From: Horticoccus luteus
GTDB lineage: Bacteria; Verrucomicrobiota; Verrucomicrobiia; Opitutales; Opitutaceae
NCBI RefSeq assembly: GCF_019464535.1
Contig: NZ_CP080507.1
Coordinates: 2,340,001-2,372,000 of the forward strand
DNA length: 32,000 bases
Reading direction: 5' to 3'
The position numbers and the translations under genes were made by a program. Within the stretch, counting starts at the first letter, position 1, and each line of letters starts with the position of its first letter. This document shows positions 10,220 through 17,807 of the stretch, one piece after another. The notes below the pieces were generated by a model. The model was not told the origin of the DNA. It was given only the letters and a program-made list of their open reading frames with translations, and did no database searches.

Positions 10220-11295
10220 TTGTGTCCCAGAGTCTGCAGCCCCGCCTTGAGATAGCCCATCGCAAACGCCATTCCTGCGTGCCACGGCGCCGCGCAGCTC
10301 ATCTGCGGCGCGTGGTCCGGGATGATCACGCCCTCGAAACCATTCTTCTGCAAAATCGCCAGCACGCGCATCACATCCACTTCGCCGTCGTCGATGAACG
10401 TCTCTTTGTAGGTCGGCACCTTGCCGCGCACATTGCGCAGATGCACATATCCGAGCCGCCCCTGCCGGCTGTAATGCTCGACCACTTCGTAGATGTCTCC
10501 CTCCGTCATCTCGGCGAGCGAACCCACGCAGAACTCCAACGTGTTCGCCGCACTCGGATTGAGATCGATCGCCTTCTGGTAGAGCGAAGGCTGATAGACC
10601 AGCCGCGGCTGGCCGCGTATGGACGGCATCGGCGGATCGTCCGGATGGAGCGCCAGTTTCACCCCCGCCTGCTCCGCCACAGGAAAAATGTCATCCGCGA
10701 AACGCTTGAAACGATCCCACAACTGTTCGGGCGTCGCCGCGGGAATCGTGCCGGAGCCCCGCGTCGGCGCCGCGGGATCCACGATCATGTTCCAAACCAA
10801 ACCATTCGGCATCGGCAGATCATACGGCCCTTCCATCCCCACCGCCGGGGCGCCGCCGCGCGCGTAGTTGCCTTTCGTCCGCCCCGCCACGCCCGCGATC
10901 GAGAAGTTGTAACCCATGATCGGGATGCCCGCCTCGCCCATGTGGCGGACGATCGTCTTCACATTTTCGATGTGCTGCGCCCGCCGCGGGCCATCGATCA
11001 AAATGTCGCCCCAGTGCGCCGGATCGAAATTCTCGATCGCCTCGAGTTTCAACCCTTCCGCCTCGACGTTGCGTCGCAACGCCACGAGTTCATCGGTCGT
11101 CCAAAGTTGGTCCGCATCACCCGCCAGACCCCAACCCCAGTCCGTGCCCGTCGGCTGATCGTCCGGCCCGGCATGCACGCCGCCGCGAAAATAGTCCACG
11201 AGATGCGCGATGACGTGCGTAGCTCCCGCCTGCTTCGCGAACGCGAAGTTTTCCGGCGTGAGCATGTGCTTGTAGAGACCTAACCCGAGTTTCAT
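10216..11295 (-). CDS. uxuA: Mannonate dehydratase
   Basis: It aligns from memory to E. coli UxuA blocks: [24 protein letters not shown] (compare [20 protein letters not shown]..PRIV), YVHLRNV (FTHLRS), [12 protein letters not shown] (GDVDMYEVVKAI) and IIPDHAPQM (MRPDHGHQM). Confidence 0.85.
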   Translation of the reverse strand: MKLGLGLYKHMLTPENFAFAKQAGATHVIAHLVDYFRGGVHAGPDDQPTGTDWGWGLAGDADQLWTTDELVALRRNVEAEGLKLEAIENFDPAHWGDILIDGPRRAQHIENVKTIVRHMGEAGIPIMGYNFSIAGVAGRTKGNYARGGAPAVGMEGPYDLPMPNGLVWNMIVDPAAPTRGSGTIPAATPEQLWDRFKRFADDIFPVAEQAGVKLALHPDDPPMPSIRGQPRLVYQPSLYQKAIDLNPSAANTLEFCVGSLAEMTEGDIYEVVEHYSRQGRLGYVHLRNVRGKVPTYKETFIDDGEVDVMRVLAILQKNGFEGVIIPDHAPQMSCAAPWHAGMAFAMGYLKAGLQTLGHK

Positions 11296-11411
11296 GCGAA
11301 GGAAGTAATCAAGGCCGGCCGCGACCGCTTTCGACCGGCCCGAGATAACTCCGTCTCATTCCGCCCGTGTCGATCAAGATCCGCTCGATCACCACGCCCG
11401 CCGTCATCCGC
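11171..11411. repeat. Left copy of a 241-bp direct duplication (uxuA 5' end, 13-bp spacer and the last 34 codons of the GH115 gene)
   Basis: It aligns without gaps to 19380..19620 at a constant offset of 8209. My alignment finds 5 mismatches, all in the uxuA-coding part. Confidence 0.95.
11309..11411 (-). pseudogene. Duplicated 3' fragment of the CE4-GH115 gene
   Basis: It encodes ..RMTAGVVIERILIDTGGMRRSYLGPVESGRGRP*, identical to the C-terminus of the intact gene at 19518.. Confidence 0.9.
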
Positions 11412-11584
11412 AAAACGTTCCTCAAAGCCTGCACCCGCCAGCCGACTTTCCTGGCATTTTCAAACAAGGTGCAAGCCAAGGCGGCTCGCAGGCCCTCGAC
11501 GGCAAACAGATCGCACCGATAGTTTCCCCGATCGATCAGATGATGCAACGCGCCGGAGTATTCGATGCGCAACCTTCGAACCAT
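11412..11584 (-). pseudogene. N-terminal roughly 57-codon remnant of a Y1 (IS200/RAYT-like) transposase, fused in frame to the GH115 3' fragment
   Basis: MVRRLRIEYSGALHHLIDRGNYRCDLFAVEGLRAALACTLFENARKVGWRVQA matches the conserved start of REP-associated/IS200-like Y1 transposases (PRxLRIEYPGAxYHVxxRGxxRxxIF..GWxVHAY). The HUH and Tyr motifs are absent. Confidence 0.7.
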
Positions 11585-11660
11585 GCATGACTCGACTCAC
11601 AGGCCGGGTGGCTCTCAAATAGAAAACCAACAAAACACGGCCAGTCCCCCTTGGCTTGAG
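11412..11660 (-). repeat. R1 composite repeat, copy 1 (leader plus the longest transposase remnant)
   Basis: It shares ccgatag.ttccccgatcgatcagatgatgcaacgcgccggagtattcgatgcgcaaccttcgaaccatgcatgactcgactcacaggccgg...ctctcaaa.agaaaaccaacaaaacacggccagtccc with copies at about 12566, 14495 and 18148. Confidence 0.9.
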
Positions 11661-11732
11661 GCCGTTGTGAGGTTAAGAACGAGGCTCGCGTTTCCGACCA
11701 CGTCGTTGCGCCCGGCGAGGGGCTCTCACGGC

Positions 11733-11770
11733 CAAACAAAACGCCGCATCCGGCAAGGCCGAAGCGGCGC
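11733..11770 (-). terminator. Intrinsic terminator after TA module 1
   Basis: The minus strand reads gcgccgcttcggccttgccggatgcggcg followed by ttttgtttgg, 10 nt after the toxin stop. Homologous hairpins follow the other two TA modules. Confidence 0.7.
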
Positions 11771-11779
11771 TTCAGCGGC

Positions 11780-12103
11780 TCAGGCGAAGTTGACGTTGCC
11801 GCACAGGCCGGATTCCCCGGCACGTTGCAGCAAATTCAGCATCTTGCCGCACTCGGCCTGCCGGGTGCGGCGGCGGATCAGGATGATCAGGCCCGGATGC
11901 TCGGGGTGTTCGGCCGCCAGGGACAGGAAGTCATCCCGGTTGCAAGTGACCGTGATCTGGCCGTGCGTCCGGGCGTAAGCGAAGGCCTCTGCGTCCGGGG
12001 TCGTGATCGGTAGCACGTCGCGTAGCACCGTCGCCGTGTGGCCCCAATGGCGCAGCAGCAGCGCGATTTCCTCCGGGATGTCCTGATCGAGGAAGAACGT
12101 CAC
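11780..12103 (-). CDS. DUF5615-like (PIN-like) putative toxin, TA module 1
   Basis: VTFFLDQDIPEEIALLLRHWGHTATVLRDV..TPDAEAFAYARTHGQITVTCNRDDF..HPGLIILIRR. A GTG start at 12103 overlaps the antitoxin stop in a GTGA. Confidence 0.7.
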   Translation of the reverse strand: MTFFLDQDIPEEIALLLRHWGHTATVLRDVLPITTPDAEAFAYARTHGQITVTCNRDDFLSLAAEHPEHPGLIILIRRRTRQAECGKMLNLLQRAGESGLCGNVNFA

Positions 12104-12354
12104 ACCGGACCCTCGCTCATCTGCTGCGCGACCAAGGCATCGATCTCGACGCGGTGATCCTCGTAGTAGGACAAGCACTCGTAAACCTGCGCGCGGGTGA
12201 CCCCAGGGAAGCTGCGGCACACCTCATCAATACTCGCGCCGTTGACGAGGAGGCCCACGACGTCATGCACGCCGATGCGGGTGCCCTCAATGATGGTGCG
12301 CCCCGAGCGAACGCCGGGGATTTGGGTCAGGTAGCGGTAAGTCGTGGCAGGCAT
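12100..12354 (-). CDS. DUF433-type putative antitoxin, TA module 1
   Basis: MPATTYRYLTQIPGVRSGRTIIEGTRIGVHDVVGLLVNGASIDEVCRSFPGVTRAQVYECLSYYEDH is a DUF433 pattern. I place the start at the ATG at 12354, because the listed 12504 start lies in repeat-derived sequence. Confidence 0.75.
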   Translation of the reverse strand: MPATTYRYLTQIPGVRSGRTIIEGTRIGVHDVVGLLVNGASIDEVCRSFPGVTRAQVYECLSYYEDHRVEIDALVAQQMSEGPV

Positions 12355-12419
12355 GAGGGACATCATGACGAGGAAGTCGCTTCCGGCAATGCCGTATCCG
12401 GCCGCGCCAACTCGGCTCC

Positions 12420-12711
12420 GGGATATGCCAAGGGAAACTGGCCGTGTTTTGTTAGTCGATGTGTTTTCGGGCATGGTGGAGGTAGCCGCGCAGGGCGGCG
12501 GCATGGCGGACCCAGTTGGTTGGAGTGCCGAAGCAGCATGCCCGCCGCCGCGAAAATACGCCGCACCGATAGATTCCCCGATCGATCAGATGATGCAACG
12601 CGCCGGAGTATTCGATGCGCAACCTTCGAACCATGCATGACTCGACTCACAGGCCGGATCGCTCTCAAACAGAAAACCAACAAAACACGGCCAGTCCCCT
12701 CTTCGCTCGGC
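12420..12711 (-). repeat. R1 composite repeat, copy 2 (short form bounded by an inverted 17-nt core)
   Basis: ACTGGCCGTGTTTTGTT lies at 12437..12453 and its exact reverse complement at 12679..12695. Between them is the 25-codon transposase remnant MVRRLRIEYSGALHHLIDRGIYRC. Confidence 0.85.
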
Positions 12712-13345
12712 GCCGTGGGCCGCAGCTCGGCCACCCTCGATCCAAGGGTCCTCGTAGGCAACTGGTCGATCGTAGAGCTTATCGAAATACGCGCCGATCT
12801 TCCCTGACGCCCAAGAGACAGCGTATGCCGTGGCCCCAGCAATCATTCCATTCTTGAAGGCATCGCCGAGAGAACCGCCGTTCTGTACAGTCCCTGAGAA
12901 CGCTGAAGCGGATGAATAGCCCACAAAGTAGGCCGCGTTACTGCCGATGGCCCGCCTACGGCGGCAAACTCGGCAGCCACGAACGCTTGAACAGAACCTC
13001 GCGTGCCGCCCTGACCCGACGGGATATTGGAAAGTGTGGAGCCATACGGTTGGGCCGATTGTGCAGGTTATTGCGGCGTTCTATGGGTATCCTTACGTGT
13101 CGGCGGGGGGCGGGTATTCGACGGGCGAAGGTGAGCGGGTTGTTGTTGACGTAGCTGTAGCGGTTGAAGCTCTGACAGTCCTCCCTGTCGTCCACGACCG
13201 GGTCCGCGCTGAGGAACCTGCCCAGCGTAGGGTCATAGACCCGGCCGTTCATGTGGATTGCCAGCTCCGGCGGGTTCGTAGCGCGCGCACCGTAGGAGCA
13301 GGACGCGGTTGCCGGCAGCGGAAGCGGGAAGCCCGGCGCGGGTTT
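12712..13345 (-). pseudogene. Degraded orphan Rhs-type C-terminal cassette (core end plus Gly-rich region, frameshifted, internally inverted, 3'-truncated by R1 copy 2)
   Basis: [47 protein letters not shown] parallels the intact copy at 16.8 kb. [61 protein letters not shown] (12712..12924) parallels aa about 135-205 of the intact copy. The reading frame changes between the segments. Confidence 0.8.
13013..13126 (+). other. Inverted segment of about 114 bp inside the degraded Rhs-CT pseudogene
   Basis: The plus strand encodes [36 protein letters not shown]. This is homologous to [37 protein letters not shown] of the intact gene. Both flanks of the pseudogene are encoded on the minus strand. 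Confidence 0.8.
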
Positions 13346-13539
13346 CGCCGACGTTGGGAGGCGCCCGGGCGTGAGATGGCGGCGAGCGCGCGAGGGATCG
13401 ACCAAGTCAAGGAACGGGAAGCGCCGCCAGACGCGCAGCATTGGCGTTTACCGTGTGTTTTCCCTTCGATGAGGGTGAGACTAGGGCTCGCGAGTCCGGC
13501 CGCGTCGTGCGCTCGGCGAGCGGCTCCGAGCCGCCAATG

Positions 13540-13577
13540 CAAAACGCCGCCGCTGGCACGCCCGCAAACGGCGTTCC
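13540..13577 (-). terminator. Probable (degenerate) intrinsic terminator after TA module 2
   Basis: The minus strand reads aacgccgtttgcgggcgtgccagcggcggcg followed by ttttgcattgg. It is positionally homologous to the terminators at 11733 and 17078. Confidence 0.45.
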
Positions 13578-13602
13578 ACCAGCCGGTAAAAAGGAAGCGG
13601 CG

Positions 13603-13932
13603 TCAGCGAATTTCCACCAGCCGCGTGCCCTGCCCCAGGTGCGCCAAGATCTGCGGCACGCGCGGGATGAACCAGGCCCGCAGCGCCGCGTTGGACGTGT
13701 TGCCCACGCGCAACCACACGACACACGGCCCGGTTTCGGTCGCCTGCACCCGCAGCGCAAAGTCCTCGTCCTTGGTCACGCTTACACAACCGCTGGCCTC
13801 GGCGTGCCGTCAGATCGCGCCGTCGACGGCCCCGCGCAGTCCGATCTCGCGCACCGCTTGCGCCTCGCAACCGGCTTCGGCGAGCCAGCGCGCAAGCGCC
13901 GGAGGCAACTGGGCATCGACCAAAAACGTCAC
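13603..13932 (-). pseudogene. DUF5615-like toxin gene with an in-frame TGA (TA module 2)
   Basis: [83 protein letters not shown].. The stop lies at 13810..13812, where a Trp (TGG) codon would fit. The GTG at 13932 overlaps the antitoxin stop in a GTGA. Confidence 0.7.
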
Positions 13933-14156
13933 CGGCTGGCCACGAGCACGGGGTGATCGAGCTGGGCGGCGGCGTATTCCAGGCTCGCCTTGATGTCGTC
14001 CGCTTCAAGGTCGGGATAGTCCGCGAGGATGTCCGCTTCGGGCACACCGGCCGCAACGAGGTCGAGCACGTCTTTCACCCGGATGCGCATCCCGCGGATG
14101 CACGGGCGTCCGCCGCACTGGTTCGGATTGAAGGTGATGCGCTCCATATAATTCAT
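13929..14156 (-). CDS. DUF433-type putative antitoxin, TA module 2
   Basis: [63 protein letters not shown] is a DUF433 pattern. Confidence 0.8.
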   Translation of the reverse strand: MNYMERITFNPNQCGGRPCIRGMRIRVKDVLDLVAAGVPEADILADYPDLEADDIKASLEYAAAQLDHPVLVASR

Positions 14157-14214
14157 GCCGGCATGTTAGGCGCGGATCCCGCCTTCCGCAAGACTCGTGT
14201 CTGGCGGCGCGAGC

Positions 14215-14430
14215 CGGGTGCGTCCGGGTCTGGACTTCCTTCAACTTGCGGATCGAGACCTGCGCGTAAATCTGCGTCGTCTGCAAGCACGCGTGCCCGA
14301 ACTGCTCCTGGACGTGGCGGATGTCGGCGCCGTGCTCCAGCATGAGCGTCGCGCAGGTGTGGCGGAACAGGTGGCCACTGCCGGACTTGCCCACGCCGGA
14401 GCGCGTGACGCAGCCGGTGACGGGCGGCTG
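14215..14430 (-). pseudogene. C-terminal roughly 70-codon fragment of a XerC/D-like tyrosine recombinase (copy 1)
   Basis: [67 protein letters not shown] covers box II (HxxR .. H .. catalytic Y). No N-terminal part is present. Upstream it joins directly to the transposase remnant. Confidence 0.8.
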
Positions 14431-14638
14431 CATGGCTGATCCGCGGGTGTTTGAGTGCCGAAGCAGCATGCGCGCCGCAGCGAAAATGAATCACGCCGAG
14501 GGATTCCCGATCGGTCAGACGGTGCAACGCGCTGGAGTATTCGATGCGCAATCTTCGAACTGTGCATAACTCGACTCATAGGCCGGATCGCTCTCAAATA
14601 GAAAACCAACAAAGCACGGCCGGTCCCCCTTGGCTCGA
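14232..14638 (-). repeat. R1 composite repeat, copy 3 (long form: leader, transposase remnant and integrase 3' remnant)
   Basis: It is collinear with 17884..18292 over about 400 bp, with scattered substitutions. Confidence 0.9.
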
Positions 14639-14647
14639 CCCCCGTAT

Positions 14648-14695
14648 GTGTTACCTATCGCTCCGGTCACAGTGTCACCTATCACTCCGGATCGA
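14648..14695. repeat. Tandem 24-bp direct repeat at a cassette boundary
   Basis: gtgttacctatcgctccggtcaca and gtgtcacctatcactccggatcga match at 20 of 24 positions. They lie between the R1 copy 3 end and the stop of the 125-aa lipoprotein gene. Confidence 0.8.
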
Positions 14696-14713
14696 ACCTG
14701 CTCCCGACCCGCG

Positions 14714-15091
14714 TTATGGAGAATTAGGCACAAACCTTACTCCGTTCTCTCGTATTTCAACTACAATATCGCTGGTACCCAACGCTTTTTTTTGGTCCAT
14801 TATGTCCGAACTTCCGACGACAACTCGATGCTGTCCAAATTCAAATATGTATCGTTTAGCTCTCGGAGCAAACCATTGCCTCACAAGCTTAGCGTGAGAC
14901 GAAAGCGTCACCGTCATTTGCTTGTTTTCATCCTGTATAATCGTCACACTGACAGCTTTATCCGTCTCATTCGAGATCACGACCGATTTGCTTAATGCTA
15001 TAATTTTTCCACAGCCAATAGTCAACGTCACTATTAAGACACACGTAATTACGGCAGGAAAGCGACCGAGGTAAATTCTATTCTTTTTCAT
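14714..15091 (-). CDS. Small lipoprotein, second immunity candidate or orphan immunity
   Basis: Lipobox ..VLIVTLTIGC. The gene is AT-rich, co-directional with the upstream gene, and overlaps it by 14 nt. Confidence 0.6.
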   Translation of the reverse strand: MKKNRIYLGRFPAVITCVLIVTLTIGCGKIIALSKSVVISNETDKAVSVTIIQDENKQMTVTLSSHAKLVRQWFAPRAKRYIFEFGQHRVVVGSSDIMDQKKALGTSDIVVEIRENGVRFVPNSP

Positions 15092-15506
15092 GAAAGAAAC
15101 TATACGTTGCGGGCCCAGTAACCTTAACCAGAGTCCCGCCTAACGTCGATACCGAATGAACGCCATCATCATATATATTAACGAGGCCCACCGATTCCTT
15201 GACTGCTACCTTCCGCTCGTAAACCGTCTCCTTCCCTGACTCGTATAGTACTATTCTGACATCAGGCCGGAGTGGCGATTCTGTCACCTTGACTGTTAAG
15301 ACATAATGCCCTCCGTCCCAATTTGCATGTAAAGCCCATCCACGTGGCAAGTTCAAAACGGCCTTATCAACTATCCATGATGGGGCCGATGATGTAATCA
15401 CGATTCGCCTATCACTATTCTTAGCATTCCAAAACAGAAAACCCATGGCTATAGCAATTACGGAGACTATTAATACCATGATTAAAATCGATTCTTTACG
15501 TTTCAT
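15078..15506 (-). CDS. Membrane-anchored small protein, cognate immunity candidate
   Basis: Its start overlaps the toxin stop in an ATGA. N-terminal TM anchor [20 protein letters not shown]. Composition is AT-rich: 23 of 60 bases are G/C at 15001..15060. Confidence 0.65.
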   Translation of the reverse strand: MKRKESILIMVLIVSVIAIAMGFLFWNAKNSDRRIVITSSAPSWIVDKAVLNLPRGWALHANWDGGHYVLTVKVTESPLRPDVRIVLYESGKETVYERKVAVKESVGLVNIYDDGVHSVSTLGGTLVKVTGPATYSFFHEKE

Positions 15507-16819
15507 ATTTGACGCATTTTATATACTTCCTCATAGCGCCCACCGCCTACAGGTTTTATCATGATCGGATCCTCGGCTCTCTTCAGTAAATAAATGCTCC
15601 TATATGCCTTAAAAGTCTCGGTTCCAACATTTATCGTATGCACGGGATTCGCGCGAAAGGAAAATGGCTCACCTCGTTCGGTAATTGTTTGATAATACGT
15701 GCGCTTCACCTCCACGAGTTGGTCGTAGCGAGAAAAACCGCTTCGTATCATAAGGAGGTTGCCCACGCCTTCCATTAATTTATCAATGATTGAAAATACT
15801 CTGGCCAGTCTCCCTAGATTTCTGGCGGCTGCAAGCTGCTCTAGTGTTTCTAATGTGGCTCCTGTGACCTCGTCCGGCATCTTCTCGATTCTCAAATCCT
15901 CACCTTCGTGAATATACCAGTCGGAAACTGGAGTCACTTCGTCCACGTGAAACATGTGGCTCGAAATGGCTTCGGCATTGAGCAGATGCTGAAACGCCGC
16001 CGTGATCGCGCCGTTGGCGAATTTCCCTCCACCAAGGAGTGACGCCGTCCCGCCCGCAATCGCGGCAATCGTCGTGCGGACCGCAACGCCCCAGGAGTCT
16101 TTCAAAGACTTAAAGCGCATCGAAATGCTTCCGGCAATCGATCCGGCAAAAGAGCCGTAGAAACCACTGCCAAAGCTTCCGCCTTGCGCAACTGACGCCG
16201 CACCACCGACCACACCGTGAGCTAACGCCCGCCCCGCTTCAATCCACGGATCCTTAAAAGTGACGGGGCCATGGTATTCCAAATCAAAAAACTCGCCGAT
16301 CTTTCCTGATGCCCACGACACGGCGTAAGCGGTGGCCCCCGCAATCATCCCGTTTTTGAAGGCATCCCCGATACTGCCGCCGTTCAGTAACGTTCCGGAA
16401 AAGGCCGACGCCGAGGAATAACCGACATAAAATCCAACCGTTGAGTTGAATAAACCGGCGCCGGCTGCACCACCCAGCCCCGCGGCGAGGCCTTGAGCCG
16501 CGCCAACGTTGCCATTAATAGTGTAACCGACTGAAGCCGATGACGCGGCACTAATTGCTTCGCTGGCAGAGTATGACAAGCCCGCAGCAGACGATAAACC
16601 GGCAGTGTAGTAAGCCGCTGCGATCTGCACTACTTGCCCTATCCCTTCCGTCCATGCCTTCCAATAACCTGTAGGGTCAGTGAAGGTGAGCGGGTTGTTA
16701 CTGACATAGCTGTAGCGGTTGAAGCTCTGGCTATCCCCCGCGTCGTCCACGACCGCGTCAGCACTCAGGAACCGCCCCAGCCCTGGGTCGAATATCCGGC
16801 CGTTCATGTGAACGGCCAA
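15503..16819 (-). CDS. Orphan Rhs-family C-terminal toxin cassette (core end, Gly/Ala/Ser-rich membrane-like region and an unknown AT-rich toxin tip)
   Basis: [50 protein letters not shown] is the end of the RHS repeat-associated core (compare RYYDPxLGRFxSxDP...NxYxYVxNNPxxxxDPxG). No YD repeats lie upstream. The listed start is a TTG, the first ATG is at 16807, and I see no Shine-Dalgarno sequence. The frame is open upstream to a stop near 16935. Confidence 0.8.
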   Translation of the reverse strand: MAVHMNGRIFDPGLGRFLSADAVVDDAGDSQSFNRYSYVSNNPLTFTDPTGYWKAWTEGIGQVVQIAAAYYTAGLSSAAGLSYSASEAISAASSASVGYTINGNVGAAQGLAAGLGGAAGAGLFNSTVGFYVGYSSASAFSGTLLNGGSIGDAFKNGMIAGATAYAVSWASGKIGEFFDLEYHGPVTFKDPWIEAGRALAHGVVGGAASVAQGGSFGSGFYGSFAGSIAGSISMRFKSLKDSWGVAVRTTIAAIAGGTASLLGGGKFANGAITAAFQHLLNAEAISSHMFHVDEVTPVSDWYIHEGEDLRIEKMPDEVTGATLETLEQLAAARNLGRLARVFSIIDKLMEGVGNLLMIRSGFSRYDQLVEVKRTYYQTITERGEPFSFRANPVHTINVGTETFKAYRSIYLLKRAEDPIMIKPVGGGRYEEVYKMRQI

Positions 16820-17077
16820 GTCTGGTGCCGTCGTAGGCGGTGAAGCGTAGCGGCAGGACGCGGTTTTTCCCGGCGGGAGCGGCGGGCCGGGCGCGAGTTT
16901 TCGAGAAGAGCGGCTTGGGGGCGGCGGCTATGGCCGCGCACAGCAAACCAAGTCAAGGAACGGGCGGCGCGTCAGCGCTCGCGAGGATGGCCGTTAAAGC
17001 GTTTTCTTCCTTCGGTTGAGGTCGAGACAGGGCTCGCGACTCCGGCCGCGTCATTGCGCCCGGCGAGCGGCTTCAGG

Positions 17078-17118
17078 CCAAAGCAAAACGCCGCACCCGG
17101 CAAGGCCGGAAGTGGCGT
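17078..17118 (-). terminator. Intrinsic terminator after TA module 3
   Basis: The minus strand reads acgccacttccggccttgccgggtgcggcgt followed by tttgctttgg, 33 nt after the PIN gene stop. Confidence 0.7.
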
Positions 17119-17151
17119 CAATCGAAGCGGCTAAAGAAGGAAGCGACTCGC

Positions 17152-17571
17152 TCAGAGCACGCCGTGGGCGCGCTGCTCCAGCAAAAACTCGCCGGGCGTG
17201 GCGAGGCGCAGCCCGTAAACCTCTCGGCCGAGTTTTTCGTGGAAGTCGCCCTCGTCGAGCGTGAGCAGCCAGTCGGCACGCGTGGCCAGGGCCGTGATGA
17301 CAACGGGCCGATCTTTCGCCTTCGGGAAGACCAGCGGCTGGTCGAGCGCGACGCTCACTTGCACGAAGCGCATCAGCGGCGCGAGTTGCTTCCAACCGCG
17401 CGCGGCCGTCGCGCCCACTTTCGCCAGATTGCGGCGCGTCTCCTCCTCGCAGTAGTAGGAGCTGACGAGCTCCCAGCCCTGCGTTGCGGCCTGCGTGATG
17501 ACGAAGCGCGACGCGCCTCTCGCCGATCCCGCCGCGGCGAACAGGACACTCGTGTCGAGGAAGAGCCTCAC
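17152..17571 (-). CDS. PIN-domain toxin (VapC-like), TA module 3
   Basis: VRLFLDTSVLFAAAGS..EETRRNL..LLTLDEGDF has PIN-type acidic residues. The GTG at 17571 overlaps the antitoxin stop in a GTGA. Confidence 0.75.
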   Translation of the reverse strand: MRLFLDTSVLFAAAGSARGASRFVITQAATQGWELVSSYYCEEETRRNLAKVGATAARGWKQLAPLMRFVQVSVALDQPLVFPKAKDRPVVITALATRADWLLTLDEGDFHEKLGREVYGLRLATPGEFLLEQRAHGVL

Positions 17572-17807
17572 TTTTTCTTCGCGGCGCGGAACGCCTTCAT
17601 GTCGGCCTCGTCGCGTGCGATCCAAGCGCGGATTTGCGCCTTCGGGATGTCGCGCACGGGCACGGCGGTGGCCGGGTGCAGGAACAGGCCGCCTTCGCGT
17701 TCCTCGACGAGGAGCATTGGGTTGCGGAGCTTATCGAGTCCCATTTTCCGCCGCAGTTCGGGCGGCAACGTCAGGCTGCCGCGTTTGGAGAGTGGAAGTG
17801 TGGTCAT
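17568..17807 (-). CDS. AbrB/SpoVT-fold antitoxin (VapB-like), TA module 3
   Basis: MTTLPLSKRGSLTLPPELRRKMGL is a looped-hinge-helix type N-terminus. I prefer the start at 17807 over the listed 17822, because 17808..17828 is a perfect palindrome. Confidence 0.7.
   Translation of the reverse strand: MTTLPLSKRGSLTLPPELRRKMGLDKLRNPMLLVEEREGGLFLHPATAVPVRDIPKAQIRAWIARDEADMKAFRAAKKK

Noticed and set aside
10222-11283. 353-aa ORF antisense to uxuA, and likewise 19635..21290 antisense to GH115, 23426..24787 antisense to GH10, and 8661..9533 in an alternative frame of the transporter
   Set aside because: These are Arg/His-rich antisense or alternative-frame translations of genes with strong family motifs.
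12947-13993. 348-aa plus-strand ORF across the degraded Rhs cassette and TA module 2
   Set aside because: Only 13013..13126 of it shows genuine coding similarity, which is the inverted Rhs piece. The rest is the antisense of minus-strand features.
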